Source: an uncultured Verrucomicrobiae bacterium
GTDB taxonomy: Bacteria; Verrucomicrobiota; Verrucomicrobiia; Limisphaerales; Palsa-1400
Direction: 5' to 3'
Length of the DNA stretch: 64,000 bases
NCBI GenBank assembly: GCA_963702845.1
Contig: OY969763.1
Coordinates: 2,240,001 to 2,304,000 of the forward strand
Shown here: positions 41,164 through 52,454 of the stretch, one piece after another
Layout: every line of letters begins with the position of its first letter
Position numbering within the stretch: position 1 is the first letter of the stretch
Translations under genes and position numbers: made by a program
Notes under the pieces: model-generated
What the model was told of the DNA's origin: nothing
The model's input: only the letters and a program-made list of their open reading frames with translations
The model's database searches: none

Positions 41164-42495
41164 ATGATGCCGGCATTTATCTTTACGACGGGCATTGAAA
41201 ATTCTTATCCGACCATCAATCGCGGGAAAACGCGTGTCGATGAAATGGAGAAATGCGGGCACTACCAACATTGGCGAAAGGACTTTGATTGCGTTAAGGA
41301 CCTGGGCGTCTGTTTTTTGCGCTACGGTCCCCCGCTCCACCGGACATGGGTTGGCGAGAGTCGATATGATTGGTCGTTTGCGGATGAAACGTTCCAAGAC
41401 CTTTATAAAAGGAAAATAATTCCAATTACTGATTTATGCCATTTTGGCGTGCCGGATTGGATCGGGAATTTTCAGAACCCGGACTTCCCAGAGTTGTTCG
41501 CGCACTATGCACACGATTTCGCGTCTCGTTTTCCATGGGTGCAACTCTATACGCCCGTGAACGAGATGTTCATTTGCGCGGTATTTTCGACTTTGTATGG
41601 CTGGTGGAATGAACAAATCCAAACCGACCAGGCATTTGTCACCGCGCTCAAACACATCGTAAAAGCGAACGTCCTCGCGATGAAGGCGATTCTTGGCGTG
41701 CGGCCCGACGCGCTATTCATTCAAAGCGAATCTTCCGAGTATTTTCACGCTGATAATCCAAAGGCAATCAAGCCGGCTGAAATTCTAAACTCCCGACGCT
41801 TTCTTTCGCTCGATTTGAATTACGGCAAGCGCATCGAGTCGGAGATGTACGAATACCTCATGGACAACGGCATGACGCGCGATGAATACCATTTTTTCCT
41901 CCAAACGCATCTGAAGCACCATTGCATCATGGGAAACGACTATTATTCGACGAACGAACATCGTGTCTGGGAAGATGGTCGCACGGAAGCGTCGGGCGAA
42001 GTTTTCGGTTACGATCAAATCACGCGGCAGTATTACAACCGATACCGTTTGCCGGTGATGCACACGGAAACCAACACTATCGAAGGCCCCACTGGTAACG
42101 AGGCGGTATTCTGGCTTTGGAAGGAATGGGCGAATGTGCTTCGGTTGCGCAATGACGGTCTGCCGATCCTGGGTTTCACATGGTATTCGCTGACTGACCA
42201 GGTGGATTGGGATGTTGCGTTGCGCGAGAACAATGGGCGCGTGAATCCGTTGGGATTGTACGACCTGGAGCGGAAGCCCCGCGCGGTGGGTAAGGCCTAC
42301 AAGAAACTGATCAAAGATTGGCAACACGTTCTGCCGATGCAAAGCGTCTGCCTGCGTGTGCCGATTGTCCCGCCGTGGGAATATAAATGTGAAGCCAATG
42401 GGCGAGCGCGTGAATATCAACGTTGGGAAGACCACCACGTCGCACGTGCGCTCGGTGAATTAAAGGAGGATAAGTCACATGCGGTTTCAAAATAA
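41164..42495 (+). CDS. GH1-like glycoside hydrolase
   Basis: FTTGIE.S, YTPVNE, MHTET catalytic motifs. Confidence 0.82.
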   Translation: MMPAFIFTTGIENSYPTINRGKTRVDEMEKCGHYQHWRKDFDCVKDLGVCFLRYGPPLHRTWVGESRYDWSFADETFQDLYKRKIIPITDLCHFGVPDWIGNFQNPDFPELFAHYAHDFASRFPWVQLYTPVNEMFICAVFSTLYGWWNEQIQTDQAFVTALKHIVKANVLAMKAILGVRPDALFIQSESSEYFHADNPKAIKPAEILNSRRFLSLDLNYGKRIESEMYEYLMDNGMTRDEYHFFLQTHLKHHCIMGNDYYSTNEHRVWEDGRTEASGEVFGYDQITRQYYNRYRLPVMHTETNTIEGPTGNEAVFWLWKEWANVLRLRNDGLPILGFTWYSLTDQVDWDVALRENNGRVNPLGLYDLERKPRAVGKAYKKLIKDWQHVLPMQSVCLRVPIVPPWEYKCEANGRAREYQRWEDHHVARALGELKEDKSHAVSK

Positions 42496-43216
42496 GGTCG
42501 CGATCATCACCGGCGCGGACAGCGGGATTGGATTGGCAACCGCCAAACGTTTTGCTAGTGAGGGTGCAAAGGTTGTGCTGGTCGCGAGAAACCCCGAAAA
42601 ATTACAGTCTGCTGAAAAAGAAGTTCGCGCTGCGGGTGGAGCGGACGTTTGGTCTGCACAATGCGACGTATCAAAGGAAGCGGAAGTCCAAAGCACGGTG
42701 GAACAGACATTGAAGCGGTGGAACCGTCTCGACGTTGTCGTCAATAACGCGGGCCTGATGGTGTTCAAAACGATTGAACAACATACGGAAGAAGATTGGT
42801 TGAAGATTTTGCAGGTGGATTTGCTGGGCGCATTCTTTTTTACGAAGCAAGCGTTTCTGCATATGAAGCCAGGTGGCGCGATCGTCAACGTTTCGAGCAT
42901 TCATGCAGTTGAGACGGAACCTCAAGTGGCGTCTTATGCCGCAGCAAAGGCGGCGCTGCTCTCACTGACGCGTTCCACGGCGCTCGAGGGTAAGCCGAAA
43001 GGAATTCGAGCGAACGCGGTTTTGCCGGGGGCGATCGATACACCGATGTTGTGGGATAATCCGAATGTGCGAGCGGGCATCGAAAAGGTCGACGAAGCGG
43101 ATGTTGGCAAAGCGGAAGATGTGGCGGCGGCGATTGCGTTTTTGGCTTCGGACGACGCGGCTTTCGTGCAAGGCGCGATGTTACGCGTCGATGGCGGGCG
43201 ATTGGATCGGCTCTAG
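42479..43216 (+). CDS. SDR family oxidoreductase
   Basis: TGADSGIG, NNAG, YAAAK. Confidence 0.95.
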   Translation: MRFQNKVAIITGADSGIGLATAKRFASEGAKVVLVARNPEKLQSAEKEVRAAGGADVWSAQCDVSKEAEVQSTVEQTLKRWNRLDVVVNNAGLMVFKTIEQHTEEDWLKILQVDLLGAFFFTKQAFLHMKPGGAIVNVSSIHAVETEPQVASYAAAKAALLSLTRSTALEGKPKGIRANAVLPGAIDTPMLWDNPNVRAGIEKVDEADVGKAEDVAAAIAFLASDDAAFVQGAMLRVDGGRLDRL

Positions 43217-43343
43217 TTTTCGCGCTGCACACGTTGCTTTGCGGAGGCAGCGACGATTGATGGGAGGCTCCAACAACCGTTGTTTGGCGTTTCCTTCCTT
43301 GCCTCACCTCCGGAATTCGCACATTTTCTTCGCGTTGAAAGAC

Positions 43344-44405
43344 ATGAATATCCCCGAACATCGCAAAGCGATTGACAAGTTGGACGAACAAATCGTGCGA
43401 CTGCTCAACGAGCGAACCAAACATGTTCTGGAAATCGGCGCGATTAAAATCAAGGCCGGTGAGGAGATTTACGCGCCGCATCGTGAGCGGCATGTATTCG
43501 AGCGCGTAGCGAAAATCAATAAAGGGCCGATGACGGAAGAGTCATTGCGCGCAATTTACCGCGAGATCATGTCGAGCGCGCTGTCGCTCGAAAAGACGAT
43601 GTCGATCGCGTATCTCGGGCCTGAGGCGACTTTCACGCATCAGGCGGCGATCCAGAAATTTGGGGCCAGCCTCAAGTACGCTGAGCAAAAGACGATCGCG
43701 GATGTGTTCACCGAAGTCGGCAAGAATCGCGCCGATTATGGCGTAGTGCCGGTGGAGAATTCCACCGAAGGCGTGGTGACCCATACGCTCGACATGTTTG
43801 CCGAAAGCGATTTGAAGGTCGTCGCGCAGATTATTTTAAAGATTCAATACTGTCTGGGTTCGAAATCGAAACTGCACGACATCAAAAAACTTTACGTTCA
43901 TCCGCAGGCACTGGGGCAATGTCGGATTTGGGTGCAAAAAAATTTACCGAACGTGGAAATCCTCGAAGCGTCGTCGAATGCGCGTTCGGCCGAACTGGCG
44001 TCAAAGACCGCGAATGCAGCAGCCATTACTGGTTTTCTTGCGGCGGAAAAATATAGTCTGCCGGTTGTCGAGCGCGACATCCAGGACTTGAGCACGAATG
44101 CGACGCGATTTTTGGTGCTCGGCCGTCAATGCAGTCCACCAACCGGGCAGGATCGCACGAGCTTGATGTTGAGCATGGCGCATGAAGTCGGCGCGTTGCA
44201 CAACGCTCTCGGCCCATTTCGCAAATACAAGATCAACATGACGAAGATCGAGTCGCGGCCCAGCAAGCGCAAAGCGTGGGAGTATTTCTTCTTCGTCGAT
44301 TGCGACGGGCACATGAACGATAAGAAAGTGGCGAAAGCAATTGCTGACCTGCACCGGGTTTGCAATTTTGCCAAGGTCCTCGGCTCGTATCCGAACTCGG
44401 AGTAA
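43344..44405 (+). CDS. pheA: chorismate mutase/prephenate dehydratase
   Basis: R..ID.LD..IV.LLNER, YLGPEATF, PVENSTEG, NATRF, IESRPS. Confidence 0.96.
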   Translation: MNIPEHRKAIDKLDEQIVRLLNERTKHVLEIGAIKIKAGEEIYAPHRERHVFERVAKINKGPMTEESLRAIYREIMSSALSLEKTMSIAYLGPEATFTHQAAIQKFGASLKYAEQKTIADVFTEVGKNRADYGVVPVENSTEGVVTHTLDMFAESDLKVVAQIILKIQYCLGSKSKLHDIKKLYVHPQALGQCRIWVQKNLPNVEILEASSNARSAELASKTANAAAITGFLAAEKYSLPVVERDIQDLSTNATRFLVLGRQCSPPTGQDRTSLMLSMAHEVGALHNALGPFRKYKINMTKIESRPSKRKAWEYFFFVDCDGHMNDKKVAKAIADLHRVCNFAKVLGSYPNSE

Positions 44406-45016
44406 TGTTCACGTTTACAACCAGACGCGCAACGACGGACGACCTTGGCGCACTGGCGGCGCTGTGGCAGACGGCGCAATTACCCGCGCAGGAGTTGGAA
44501 AAACACTTCACCGATTTCCAGGTGGCCATCGACCACAACGGGAGGTTATCGGGTGCAATCGGGATGCAGGTCGTCGGCCATGAGGGACGTATTTATTGCG
44601 AAGCATATATTGATTTCGGCCTGACGGATCCCATTCGTCCCCTGCTCTGGAAACGTTTGCAAACGCTCGCCCAAAATCTTGGTCTGTTCCGGTTGTGGAC
44701 GATTGAGTCGGCGCCGTATTGGAAGAAAGAAGTTGGTTTTGTTGGTGCGGATACGGCGAAGTTGGAAAAATTGCCCCAAGCCTTTGGGCCACGCGAACAG
44801 GCGTGGATGACGTTGCAATTGAAGGAAGAAATCGCAGCTCCGGAACATCTCGAAAAGGAATTTGCGGTTTTTAAAGAAGCGCAGCGTGCCGAGAGCGAAA
44901 GGATGTTTCAACAAGCCAGGATGTTGAAAATCCTCGCGACAGTTCTTGCCGTGCTCCTGTTATTCTTCGTTGTCGCTGCCGGAGTCTATCTGCTCCGGCG
45001 CGGTCATCCGCATTAA
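44405..45016 (+). CDS. GNAT-like protein with C-terminal TM
   Basis: RRATTDDL N-terminus, hydrophobic C-terminus; coupled to the pheA stop (TAATG). Confidence 0.65.
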   Translation: MFTFTTRRATTDDLGALAALWQTAQLPAQELEKHFTDFQVAIDHNGRLSGAIGMQVVGHEGRIYCEAYIDFGLTDPIRPLLWKRLQTLAQNLGLFRLWTIESAPYWKKEVGFVGADTAKLEKLPQAFGPREQAWMTLQLKEEIAAPEHLEKEFAVFKEAQRAESERMFQQARMLKILATVLAVLLLFFVVAAGVYLLRRGHPH

Positions 45017-45023
45017 CGCGACG

Positions 45024-47537
45024 CTACGGTTGATCCACGACGTTCAATGTAGCGCTCGGCACTCCCGGTTTGATCCACGTAAGCGTCCCAGCCGGAATAC
45101 CATTCGTCAAACGTATCCAGCCGTGGAGCATGCCCGTGTGTTTGTATAAGTCGACGTGGACCGGAAATTCGTCAGTGCTCGTCAATGATGCGCTGACTGA
45201 AATCTTCGTGGAATCCGCCAGCTTTCCGGACATCTTTACCACGCCAGCGACCGTATTCGTAACAAACGCCTGGCCTCCGATCACATTGTTCAAATCGACG
45301 AAGTTCACATTGTTCCCGGACGCTCGGGTCGGATTCGATGAACTGTAACGCGTGACTTGCGCGCGCAACGGCACGGACCAGCCTTCCGCAGCGCACGAGA
45401 TGTTACCGGAAATAGTGCCGACTGGTGAATCGGACCAAAGCTGCACCACGACATTACCTTTGCTGCGTGTAACCAGGTTGGACGAAGAAGCTGCTGCGTC
45501 GAATTTTCCACCCAGTGAATACGAAGTGCCGGCAATGTCGATCTTGCCGCTGTACGTTCCATTGGTCGTTACCACGAAATTCAAGAGCGAGCCCGAGCTT
45601 GCATTCAACACATTGGTCGTGTTTGCGAACAAGCCGTTATAAGTTCCGGCCATGGCGTAAACGCTCAGCACCGCATTGCTGCTTTGGACGTAATTGCCGT
45701 TGTCCGCGACGCAGTAATACACGCCGCCATCATTGGCCGTGACCGAAGTAAGAGTCAGCGATGTGTTGGTCTCATTCACCAATAAACCGATTGAACCGGA
45801 CTTCACGACATACCACTGATAGCGCAATGGCTGAGTGCCATTTGCGGCAGCGGTGAAGGTATAGGACTGGCCAACAACCAGCGCCTTGCTCACGGGCTGT
45901 AGGTAGAAGACTGGATCGATCACTGTAATCACAGCAGGACTACTGGTAACAGTGACGTTGCCAGTTACATCGACAGTGTAACTGCCGGAATCCGCGCGCA
46001 GCGCATTGGTGACGGAGTAGACAGAGTTCGTTGCGTTGGAAATCAATGAGCCATTCTTGCTCCATTGATACGTGTTATTCGTCGTGCCACCGACAGTAAC
46101 CGTCAGCGAGAAATTGCTCGTCGCATTTACAGTCTGATTCGTAGGCCCGCTCACAATGTATGTCCCGAGCGCCAGGGCTGAATCGACGGACGTCACAGAA
46201 CCCGCCGAATTGCTGACGATGCACGAATACGTGCCGACGTTGCCTGATTGAACAGAGCTGACTGTGTAGCTCGAAGCCGTTGCACCCGGGATAGCAACAC
46301 TGTTAAACAACCATTGAAACGAGAGTGGTGTCGAGCCAGTCGTTGTAATGCTAAAAGTTGCCGACGAGCCGGCATTCGCAATCACCGATACAGGTTGCGA
46401 TACGATTGAGGGAGGCGTTACGGGCACGTTGACGGTTAACATCGCTCCTGCGGACGAAACAGAACCAGCCGAGTTACTCACTGAACACGAGTACGTGCCC
46501 GCGTTGTTGGTTTGAACAGCAGTGATGGTGTAACTGGACGCTGTCGCGCCAGTCAAAGCCGTGCCATTAAACAGCCATTGATATGAAAGCGGGCTTGAAC
46601 CCGACGCAGCCACCGAAAAAGTTGCTGACGCCCCCGCATCAGCAGTCACAGAAGTTGGCTGTGTCACAATCGAAGGCGCGACAATAGTCGCAATGTTGGT
46701 CACGTTCAAGACGACGTAAATACTGGTCACACTGCCCCATGGATTGGAAACAGTTACGCGGTAGTTATTCGCGTCGGCGCTGGTAACGCTCGGCAGGTTC
46801 AGCGTTGCAGTGGTTGCGCCGATCACGTTGCCGTCGTCGGTCAGCGCTGCTCCGTTTCTGAACCATTGATAAAAGAGAGACGTTCCCGAAGCGACGACAG
46901 AAAAACTGACGTTGCCACCCGTCGGCGAAGCTACGTCATGCGGCTGCGTAACGATCACAGGAGCGGTCCCAGACAAGACCGACAACGTTGAATCGGCGGA
47001 CGTCACCGAACCAAACGCATTAGTAACATAGCAGGCATACGTTCCAGCGTTACTGCTTTGAACAGACGCAATTGTGAAGGTTGAATCGGTGGCGCCGGAG
47101 ATATCCGTTCCATTAAGACGCCACTGATACGACAAAGGCATTGTTCCAGACACCATGAGACTAAACGTCGCCGAAGCTCCCGAATATGCCGTCACGGATG
47201 ATGGCTGTGTGGTGACTACCGGCGCCGTTCCGCTAATCGTTGTAGCGATGTTCGTGCTGACGATATTCGCAAAATCGCTCTCGGTGCCATTTGCATCATG
47301 CGAAGTGGCGGTGAAATAATAAGTTCCGCCGGGAAGGACTGGCGTGGTCAATGTGAGTGCCGTCCCTGCATCAAGGCGATTCGTATAATTGCCCGGAGCG
47401 GGTCCATAGTACACGGCGTAGCCGACAACTGTTGGATCCGTGCTCGCGTCCCATGCGAGGTTTACTGATTGGCCGCCCGAAGCGAGCGCGTTCAAAAGCA
47501 AAGATATTGCAAGAAGGGTTCTTTTTAAAATGGACAA
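45024..47537 (-). CDS. secreted FN3 plus multi-Ig-domain protein
   Basis: LAWDAS..P.V.GY FN3, five repeats of QP.S......F.V...G..PL.YQW..NG; start approximate. Confidence 0.88.
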   Translation of the reverse strand: MSILKRTLLAISLLLNALASGGQSVNLAWDASTDPTVVGYAVYYGPAPGNYTNRLDAGTALTLTTPVLPGGTYYFTATSHDANGTESDFANIVSTNIATTISGTAPVVTTQPSSVTAYSGASATFSLMVSGTMPLSYQWRLNGTDISGATDSTFTIASVQSSNAGTYACYVTNAFGSVTSADSTLSVLSGTAPVIVTQPHDVASPTGGNVSFSVVASGTSLFYQWFRNGAALTDDGNVIGATTATLNLPSVTSADANNYRVTVSNPWGSVTSIYVVLNVTNIATIVAPSIVTQPTSVTADAGASATFSVAASGSSPLSYQWLFNGTALTGATASSYTITAVQTNNAGTYSCSVSNSAGSVSSAGAMLTVNVPVTPPSIVSQPVSVIANAGSSATFSITTTGSTPLSFQWLFNSVAIPGATASSYTVSSVQSGNVGTYSCIVSNSAGSVTSVDSALALGTYIVSGPTNQTVNATSNFSLTVTVGGTTNNTYQWSKNGSLISNATNSVYSVTNALRADSGSYTVDVTGNVTVTSSPAVITVIDPVFYLQPVSKALVVGQSYTFTAAANGTQPLRYQWYVVKSGSIGLLVNETNTSLTLTSVTANDGGVYYCVADNGNYVQSSNAVLSVYAMAGTYNGLFANTTNVLNASSGSLLNFVVTTNGTYSGKIDIAGTSYSLGGKFDAAASSSNLVTRSKGNVVVQLWSDSPVGTISGNISCAAEGWSVPLRAQVTRYSSSNPTRASGNNVNFVDLNNVIGGQAFVTNTVAGVVKMSGKLADSTKISVSASLTSTDEFPVHVDLYKHTGMLHGWIRLTNGIPAGTLTWIKPGVPSATLNVVDQP

Positions 47538-47714
47538 GGGACTGAACGGGTTAAGGGTCTAACTTTCTGACTAAGTGTCACAAACTGGAACACAGCGACC
47601 CAACTACTCCATTACACACGCAAAACCCGTAACCAGAGTGAGGCAGGACTGATGTCCCTCTAACGGAGTCTGTTTTTCCGTCACCTCCTTGCAGTAACGA
47701 GACGAGTAATCGGT

Positions 47715-50150
47715 CTAGTGCAGGTAGATAGCAGCGTTTGTGCCACCGACAGTCCCGACGGCGGCATTGGAGTTTTGAAGAACTATCCCGTAAGCAGTGC
47801 GAGCGACGCCTCCAGCAATTGTGGAAGGCAAATTCACCGTAATCAAGCCGGTGGCAGTCGATACCGTTCCGGAAATATGCGCCGGAGAAACAATCGCGTT
47901 GTTGTTGGTAAGTCCCACCGAATATGTCGAGGCAATGGCTTTGCCGACGTTGAAATCCAACGAACCGGATGAAAGCACAACGGCAGGCAGGGAGGCGTGG
48001 TAGACGGATCCAAAAACATCGACAACATTTTCTACACCCGCCGGGAACATCTTGCTGACCAGGTTCGTTGCCGCTGGCTGAGACGGCTTTACCCAGGCAA
48101 GTCGGCCAGCGGGCGCACCGTTGGAAAAGTTGATCCAGCCGTGTAGCATGCCTTGATGGGCATACAAATCGATGCACACCGGCCAATCGCCATTCTGCGA
48201 AAGCGGTGCGCTATATGTAAGCTGCGTGAGATCGGCGAGCGCACCCGTCATGCTGACGGTTCCGGTTGGCATGTTTGTGATGAGGCCGTAACCGTATCCA
48301 ATTGGAGAATCTGAACTGGTTGAACTCAGCGGCGGGATAGCCATGGTGTAGCGCGCGGCCATCGGGTTTGGATTCTTTGCATTGTAATACGCCAGGTCGG
48401 CGCGTAATCGCGAGGTCCAACCTTCAACGGCGCACGAAACCGTTCCCGTAATTTGCTTCGTGCCATTGATGAAGTCCAATTGCATGGAAACCGTGACACT
48501 TGGTTTTCCAGTTCGATTTATTGTTTTGGAGATAGTTCCCAAGGGGCTGAATGTGCCCGCCAATACGTAGAAAGTTCCGTCGACGAACAGCTTGCCTGAG
48601 AAAGTTCGAGCAGTGCTGACGGCGACGCTCGACAGTAATCCTGCGCTAGGAGTTGTCACTCCATCATCCTCGGCAAACAGGCCGTTGTAAGAGCCAGACA
48701 TCTGGTTTGCGATGATGCCGTTCGTCACGAAATTCGCAATGAGCGAAAGGTTATTGGTCATGCGGAAGTTCAGCGTTGCGTCGGTTCCAAAAACTACGCC
48801 AGAGGCGTCGGTCCAGTTTACGAACCAGTTGCCGGGCTTGGGCGTCGCTTTGATTGAATAATTGCGGCCGATTTGCAGCCACGCGCCATTGCGGGCTGAA
48901 CCAAAGACCAATACGCCTGCTGGCGCCGTTGTTCCGTAGCCATTGGTAGCGACTGCGAAACGATTGGTCGTGCGAAGGAAAATCGTGCGCAGGACCGTGG
49001 AGGTTAACCCGGCAGAATCGGTCGCGACGATTTGGAATGTATTCGTACCGTCGACAAGCGGCACAACGTTGGTCCACACCTTGGAAGTGTTCGGTCCGAC
49101 TAGCGTTGGCGAAAAAGTCAGCGGCGGCCAGCTCGGGATAGTGCGCGTGACGGTTAAGCCAGTGACGACCCCCTTGTCGCTAACGGCACCGGAAAGCGGA
49201 ACATTCGGAGCAATAGTCACGAAAGCACCGTTGGTGTATTTGTGGCCGTTCGGAACTGTCGTGTTGACCGTAGGCCACGTTGTGGTGGCAATTGGGGCGG
49301 TGGGGCCGGACGAAATCGTCAGCTGCGCCGAACCAGAGATAACCGGATCAGGCGCGGAGTTATGCAACACGCAGCGATAACCGCCACCATCAGTTGTTTG
49401 CACACTCGAAATCGTGTAGGTGCTCGCGGTCGCATCGGAGATATCCAAGCCGTTCTTTTGCCACTGATATGACAACGGCGTATCGGTAGAAGCTGAAACT
49501 GAAAAAGCGGCCCCTACTCCCACGAAACTAGTCACGGGCACTGGTTGGTCAATGATTATCGGCTTATTATAAGCGTTCAGCACGGCGTCCGAGCTTTGAG
49601 CAACACCGACTTGATTGCTGATGATCACTGAATAAGTTGCCGAATCCGAAACGGACGCGTTTAAGATCATAAGACTGGCCGAGGTCGCGCCGTTGACACT
49701 CGCAGAGTTGCCCAGCACGGTTCCATTTTTCTTCCAAAAATACGAAACAAACGCGCCCGAGGAGCCGACCGAAAAGACCGCATCTGAACCAGCGCTGATT
49801 ATCGAGTTGCCCGGTTGAAAGGTGATCGCGGGCGGTTGCGTCAAAACGTTGCTATTGATGATATTAGCAAAATCACTTTCCACTCCCTGGGCGGTGCGAG
49901 AGGTTGCCGTAAAATAATAAGTGCCATCTGTGAGGGGCGGCGTGGTAATGCTCAGATTGGTACCGGCATCGAGGCGGCTTGTATAGTCTCCCAGGGATGG
50001 ACCGTAGTAAAGATAGTACCCAACGACGTTTGTATCGGTGCTGGCGTCCCAGGCAAAATTTAACGGCTGACCACAAAAACCCGACAAGCTCGCAAGAAAA
50101 GTTATCGCGAGCAACACTGCAAATCCAAATGGCACACAACGGGGTTGCAA
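47715..50150 (-). CDS. secreted FN3 plus Ig-domain protein (paralog of the previous gene)
   Basis: FAWDASTD..VVGY, Ig repeats, shared GSYNGLFA C-terminal domain. Confidence 0.85.
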   Translation of the reverse strand: MQPRCVPFGFAVLLAITFLASLSGFCGQPLNFAWDASTDTNVVGYYLYYGPSLGDYTSRLDAGTNLSITTPPLTDGTYYFTATSRTAQGVESDFANIINSNVLTQPPAITFQPGNSIISAGSDAVFSVGSSGAFVSYFWKKNGTVLGNSASVNGATSASLMILNASVSDSATYSVIISNQVGVAQSSDAVLNAYNKPIIIDQPVPVTSFVGVGAAFSVSASTDTPLSYQWQKNGLDISDATASTYTISSVQTTDGGGYRCVLHNSAPDPVISGSAQLTISSGPTAPIATTTWPTVNTTVPNGHKYTNGAFVTIAPNVPLSGAVSDKGVVTGLTVTRTIPSWPPLTFSPTLVGPNTSKVWTNVVPLVDGTNTFQIVATDSAGLTSTVLRTIFLRTTNRFAVATNGYGTTAPAGVLVFGSARNGAWLQIGRNYSIKATPKPGNWFVNWTDASGVVFGTDATLNFRMTNNLSLIANFVTNGIIANQMSGSYNGLFAEDDGVTTPSAGLLSSVAVSTARTFSGKLFVDGTFYVLAGTFSPLGTISKTINRTGKPSVTVSMQLDFINGTKQITGTVSCAVEGWTSRLRADLAYYNAKNPNPMAARYTMAIPPLSSTSSDSPIGYGYGLITNMPTGTVSMTGALADLTQLTYSAPLSQNGDWPVCIDLYAHQGMLHGWINFSNGAPAGRLAWVKPSQPAATNLVSKMFPAGVENVVDVFGSVYHASLPAVVLSSGSLDFNVGKAIASTYSVGLTNNNAIVSPAHISGTVSTATGLITVNLPSTIAGGVARTAYGIVLQNSNAAVGTVGGTNAAIYLH

Positions 50151-50241
50151 GGGTGATTTAGTGGATTCATGCTACAACGCGTCGCAGCCTCAAACAATCT
50201 CCAAATGACGAAATGTCACTAGGTTTTTCCCTGCCGAACTC

Positions 50242-52260
50242 TCACGAATAGGACCGTAAGTTCCACTCATCCACCATATCCTTCGGAAGTTCTCCCAGGA
50301 ACCGTGATGGGCGCTGGTGGAGCTCTTCTCCGGGATGATTGCCGCGTCGCAGAAACGGATAGGTAAGGTAGAGCTCGTTTCGCGCTCTGGTGATAGCGAC
50401 GTAGAACAAACGCCGTTCCTCTTCTTCACCTTCGATAGATTCGGAGGAGCGCGACGATGGGAACAACCCGTCGCACAACATGATGATAAAGACGACATCA
50501 AACTCGAGGCCTTTGGATTGGTGGATGGTCGAGAGACGAACCATTTCGTCGTCGTTCGTGCGAGCTTCGGTCTCTTCGGCTTCTTCCACACTGGTCTGCA
50601 ATGCGAGCTGGGCCAGGAATTCTTCGATCGTTTGAAACCGCTGCGCATAAGCGGCAAGCCGATCCAAATCTTCACGACGATCCTGAAAATTCGGATAACG
50701 TTCCTTCAAATATTCATCGTAGCCGGCGTCCAAAACTAATTGGATCATTCGACTGGCGCTGCTGCGGATGTCAGGACTTTCCAGTTGTGCCGTTGTGGCC
50801 ATCAACTGGGCCCAGGCAACGGCGGAACGTTTCGGTATGGACGGTGTGCATTTTTGAAGTGCAGTGGCCAACGGATTTGCGCCACTGGCAAGCGCGGCGT
50901 CGATGTTGGAGTTGAAGCACGCCCACAATTTGTCCGCCGTCTTTCCACCGATGCCCGGGAGCAATCGCACAATGCGTTTGAAGGAAAGTTCGTCGCGCGG
51001 ATTGGTTGCTAGCTTCAGGTATGCCGCGACGTCTTTCACGTGCGCCTGTTCAAAAAAACGGATGCCGCTGGTAATGCTGAATGGAATGTTGCGACGGGTC
51101 AGTTCCATCTGCAACTCGAGCGCGTGAAAGTGCGAACGATAGAGGACCGCCATATTGTTCAATGGCGTGCCTTCATCGCGCAGTTCCAACATCCGTTGGG
51201 CAACAAACGCCGCTTGCTGATCACCACTATCGCACATGACCAGAACCGGTTTTGCGCCAGATTTGCGCGCGGAAGTCAGATGTTTTTCGAACTGGTTTGT
51301 ATTCGCGGCAATCGCGGCGTTGGCCAGCTCGAGAATCTCGGGCGTGCTGCGATAGTTGGTTTCGATGCGATACAATTTCGCGGCCGGGTAACGTTCCGGA
51401 AAATTAACGATGTTCTGGAAGTGCGCGCCGCGCCACGAGTAAATGCTTTGGGAATCATCGCCGACGGCCATAATGTTTTTATGGCGCGCAACGAGCAGAT
51501 CGATCAACTCGCCCTGAATTTTGTTGGTATCCTGATACTCATCGACCAGCACGAATTGAAACCGGCGTTGGTAATCTTCGCGAACCTCGGCATGGTCCTT
51601 GAGTAATTTGACCCAAAGCAACAGCAGGTCGTCGAAGTCCATGGCGTTAGTGGATCGTTTTCGCGCGATGTACTTTACCTGCACCTGGGCGATTTGCTCG
51701 CTCAGTTCGGAAAAATAAGGAAACTGTTCCGCGAGGATTTCAGGGATAGGCTTCTCTTTGTTGGATGCGAGCGAGAATATATCACCCAAGACATCTGCCT
51801 TCGGAAAACGAGTAGCTTTGACATCGATTTGCATTTCATCGACGCAAGCTTGTAACAAGTCCTTCGCATCTTCGCGGTCCATGATGGTGAAGTCCGGCTG
51901 GTAACCGATCAAACGCGCGTGCCGACGAAGGACACGATTACCGATCGAATGGAAAGTGCCGCCCCAAAGCGTCGATAGTTCAGTCCCGAGCAAGTCGGCC
52001 ACACGACGCATCATTTCGCGAGAAGCTTTGTTAGTGAAGGTCAGTAGTAAAATGCGTTCGGCCGGTATCCCCTGCTCCAGCAAGTATGCGACCCGGTAAA
52101 TCAATGTTCTCGTTTTGCCCGAACCCGCTCCTGCGATGACCAGAGCCGGGCCGGGTGGCGCAGTGACTGCCGCATGCTGTTGTGCGTTCAGTTCCTTTGC
52201 ATAATCAATTTGCAAATGAACCGGAGTCGAAAATGGTTGCAGCACGTAATCACGCGGCAT
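50242..52260 (-). CDS. UvrD/PcrA-family ATP-dependent helicase
   Basis: AGAGSGKT, VDEYQDTN, VGDDSQSIYSWRGA, NYRST, STIHQSKGLEF, EERRLFYVAITRA. Confidence 0.96.
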   Translation of the reverse strand: MPRDYVLQPFSTPVHLQIDYAKELNAQQHAAVTAPPGPALVIAGAGSGKTRTLIYRVAYLLEQGIPAERILLLTFTNKASREMMRRVADLLGTELSTLWGGTFHSIGNRVLRRHARLIGYQPDFTIMDREDAKDLLQACVDEMQIDVKATRFPKADVLGDIFSLASNKEKPIPEILAEQFPYFSELSEQIAQVQVKYIARKRSTNAMDFDDLLLLWVKLLKDHAEVREDYQRRFQFVLVDEYQDTNKIQGELIDLLVARHKNIMAVGDDSQSIYSWRGAHFQNIVNFPERYPAAKLYRIETNYRSTPEILELANAAIAANTNQFEKHLTSARKSGAKPVLVMCDSGDQQAAFVAQRMLELRDEGTPLNNMAVLYRSHFHALELQMELTRRNIPFSITSGIRFFEQAHVKDVAAYLKLATNPRDELSFKRIVRLLPGIGGKTADKLWACFNSNIDAALASGANPLATALQKCTPSIPKRSAVAWAQLMATTAQLESPDIRSSASRMIQLVLDAGYDEYLKERYPNFQDRREDLDRLAAYAQRFQTIEEFLAQLALQTSVEEAEETEARTNDDEMVRLSTIHQSKGLEFDVVFIIMLCDGLFPSSRSSESIEGEEEERRLFYVAITRARNELYLTYPFLRRGNHPGEELHQRPSRFLGELPKDMVDEWNLRSYS

Positions 52261-52454
52261 GGAGAAACTTTGGATGACGAAGAGGAAAACTCAATGCGGA
52301 ATCGCGCCCACTCAATTCGTCTCCACCGTCCAATCGCGCGTCAGCAACGTTGCTTTATCGATCGTCAGCGGCCTTTTATGAAACGGTGCCCTCCCATAAA
52401 CCCCTTGCATTACCGTCCGTCCGGCACAACATCGATGAGCTCGCCTATGAACAA

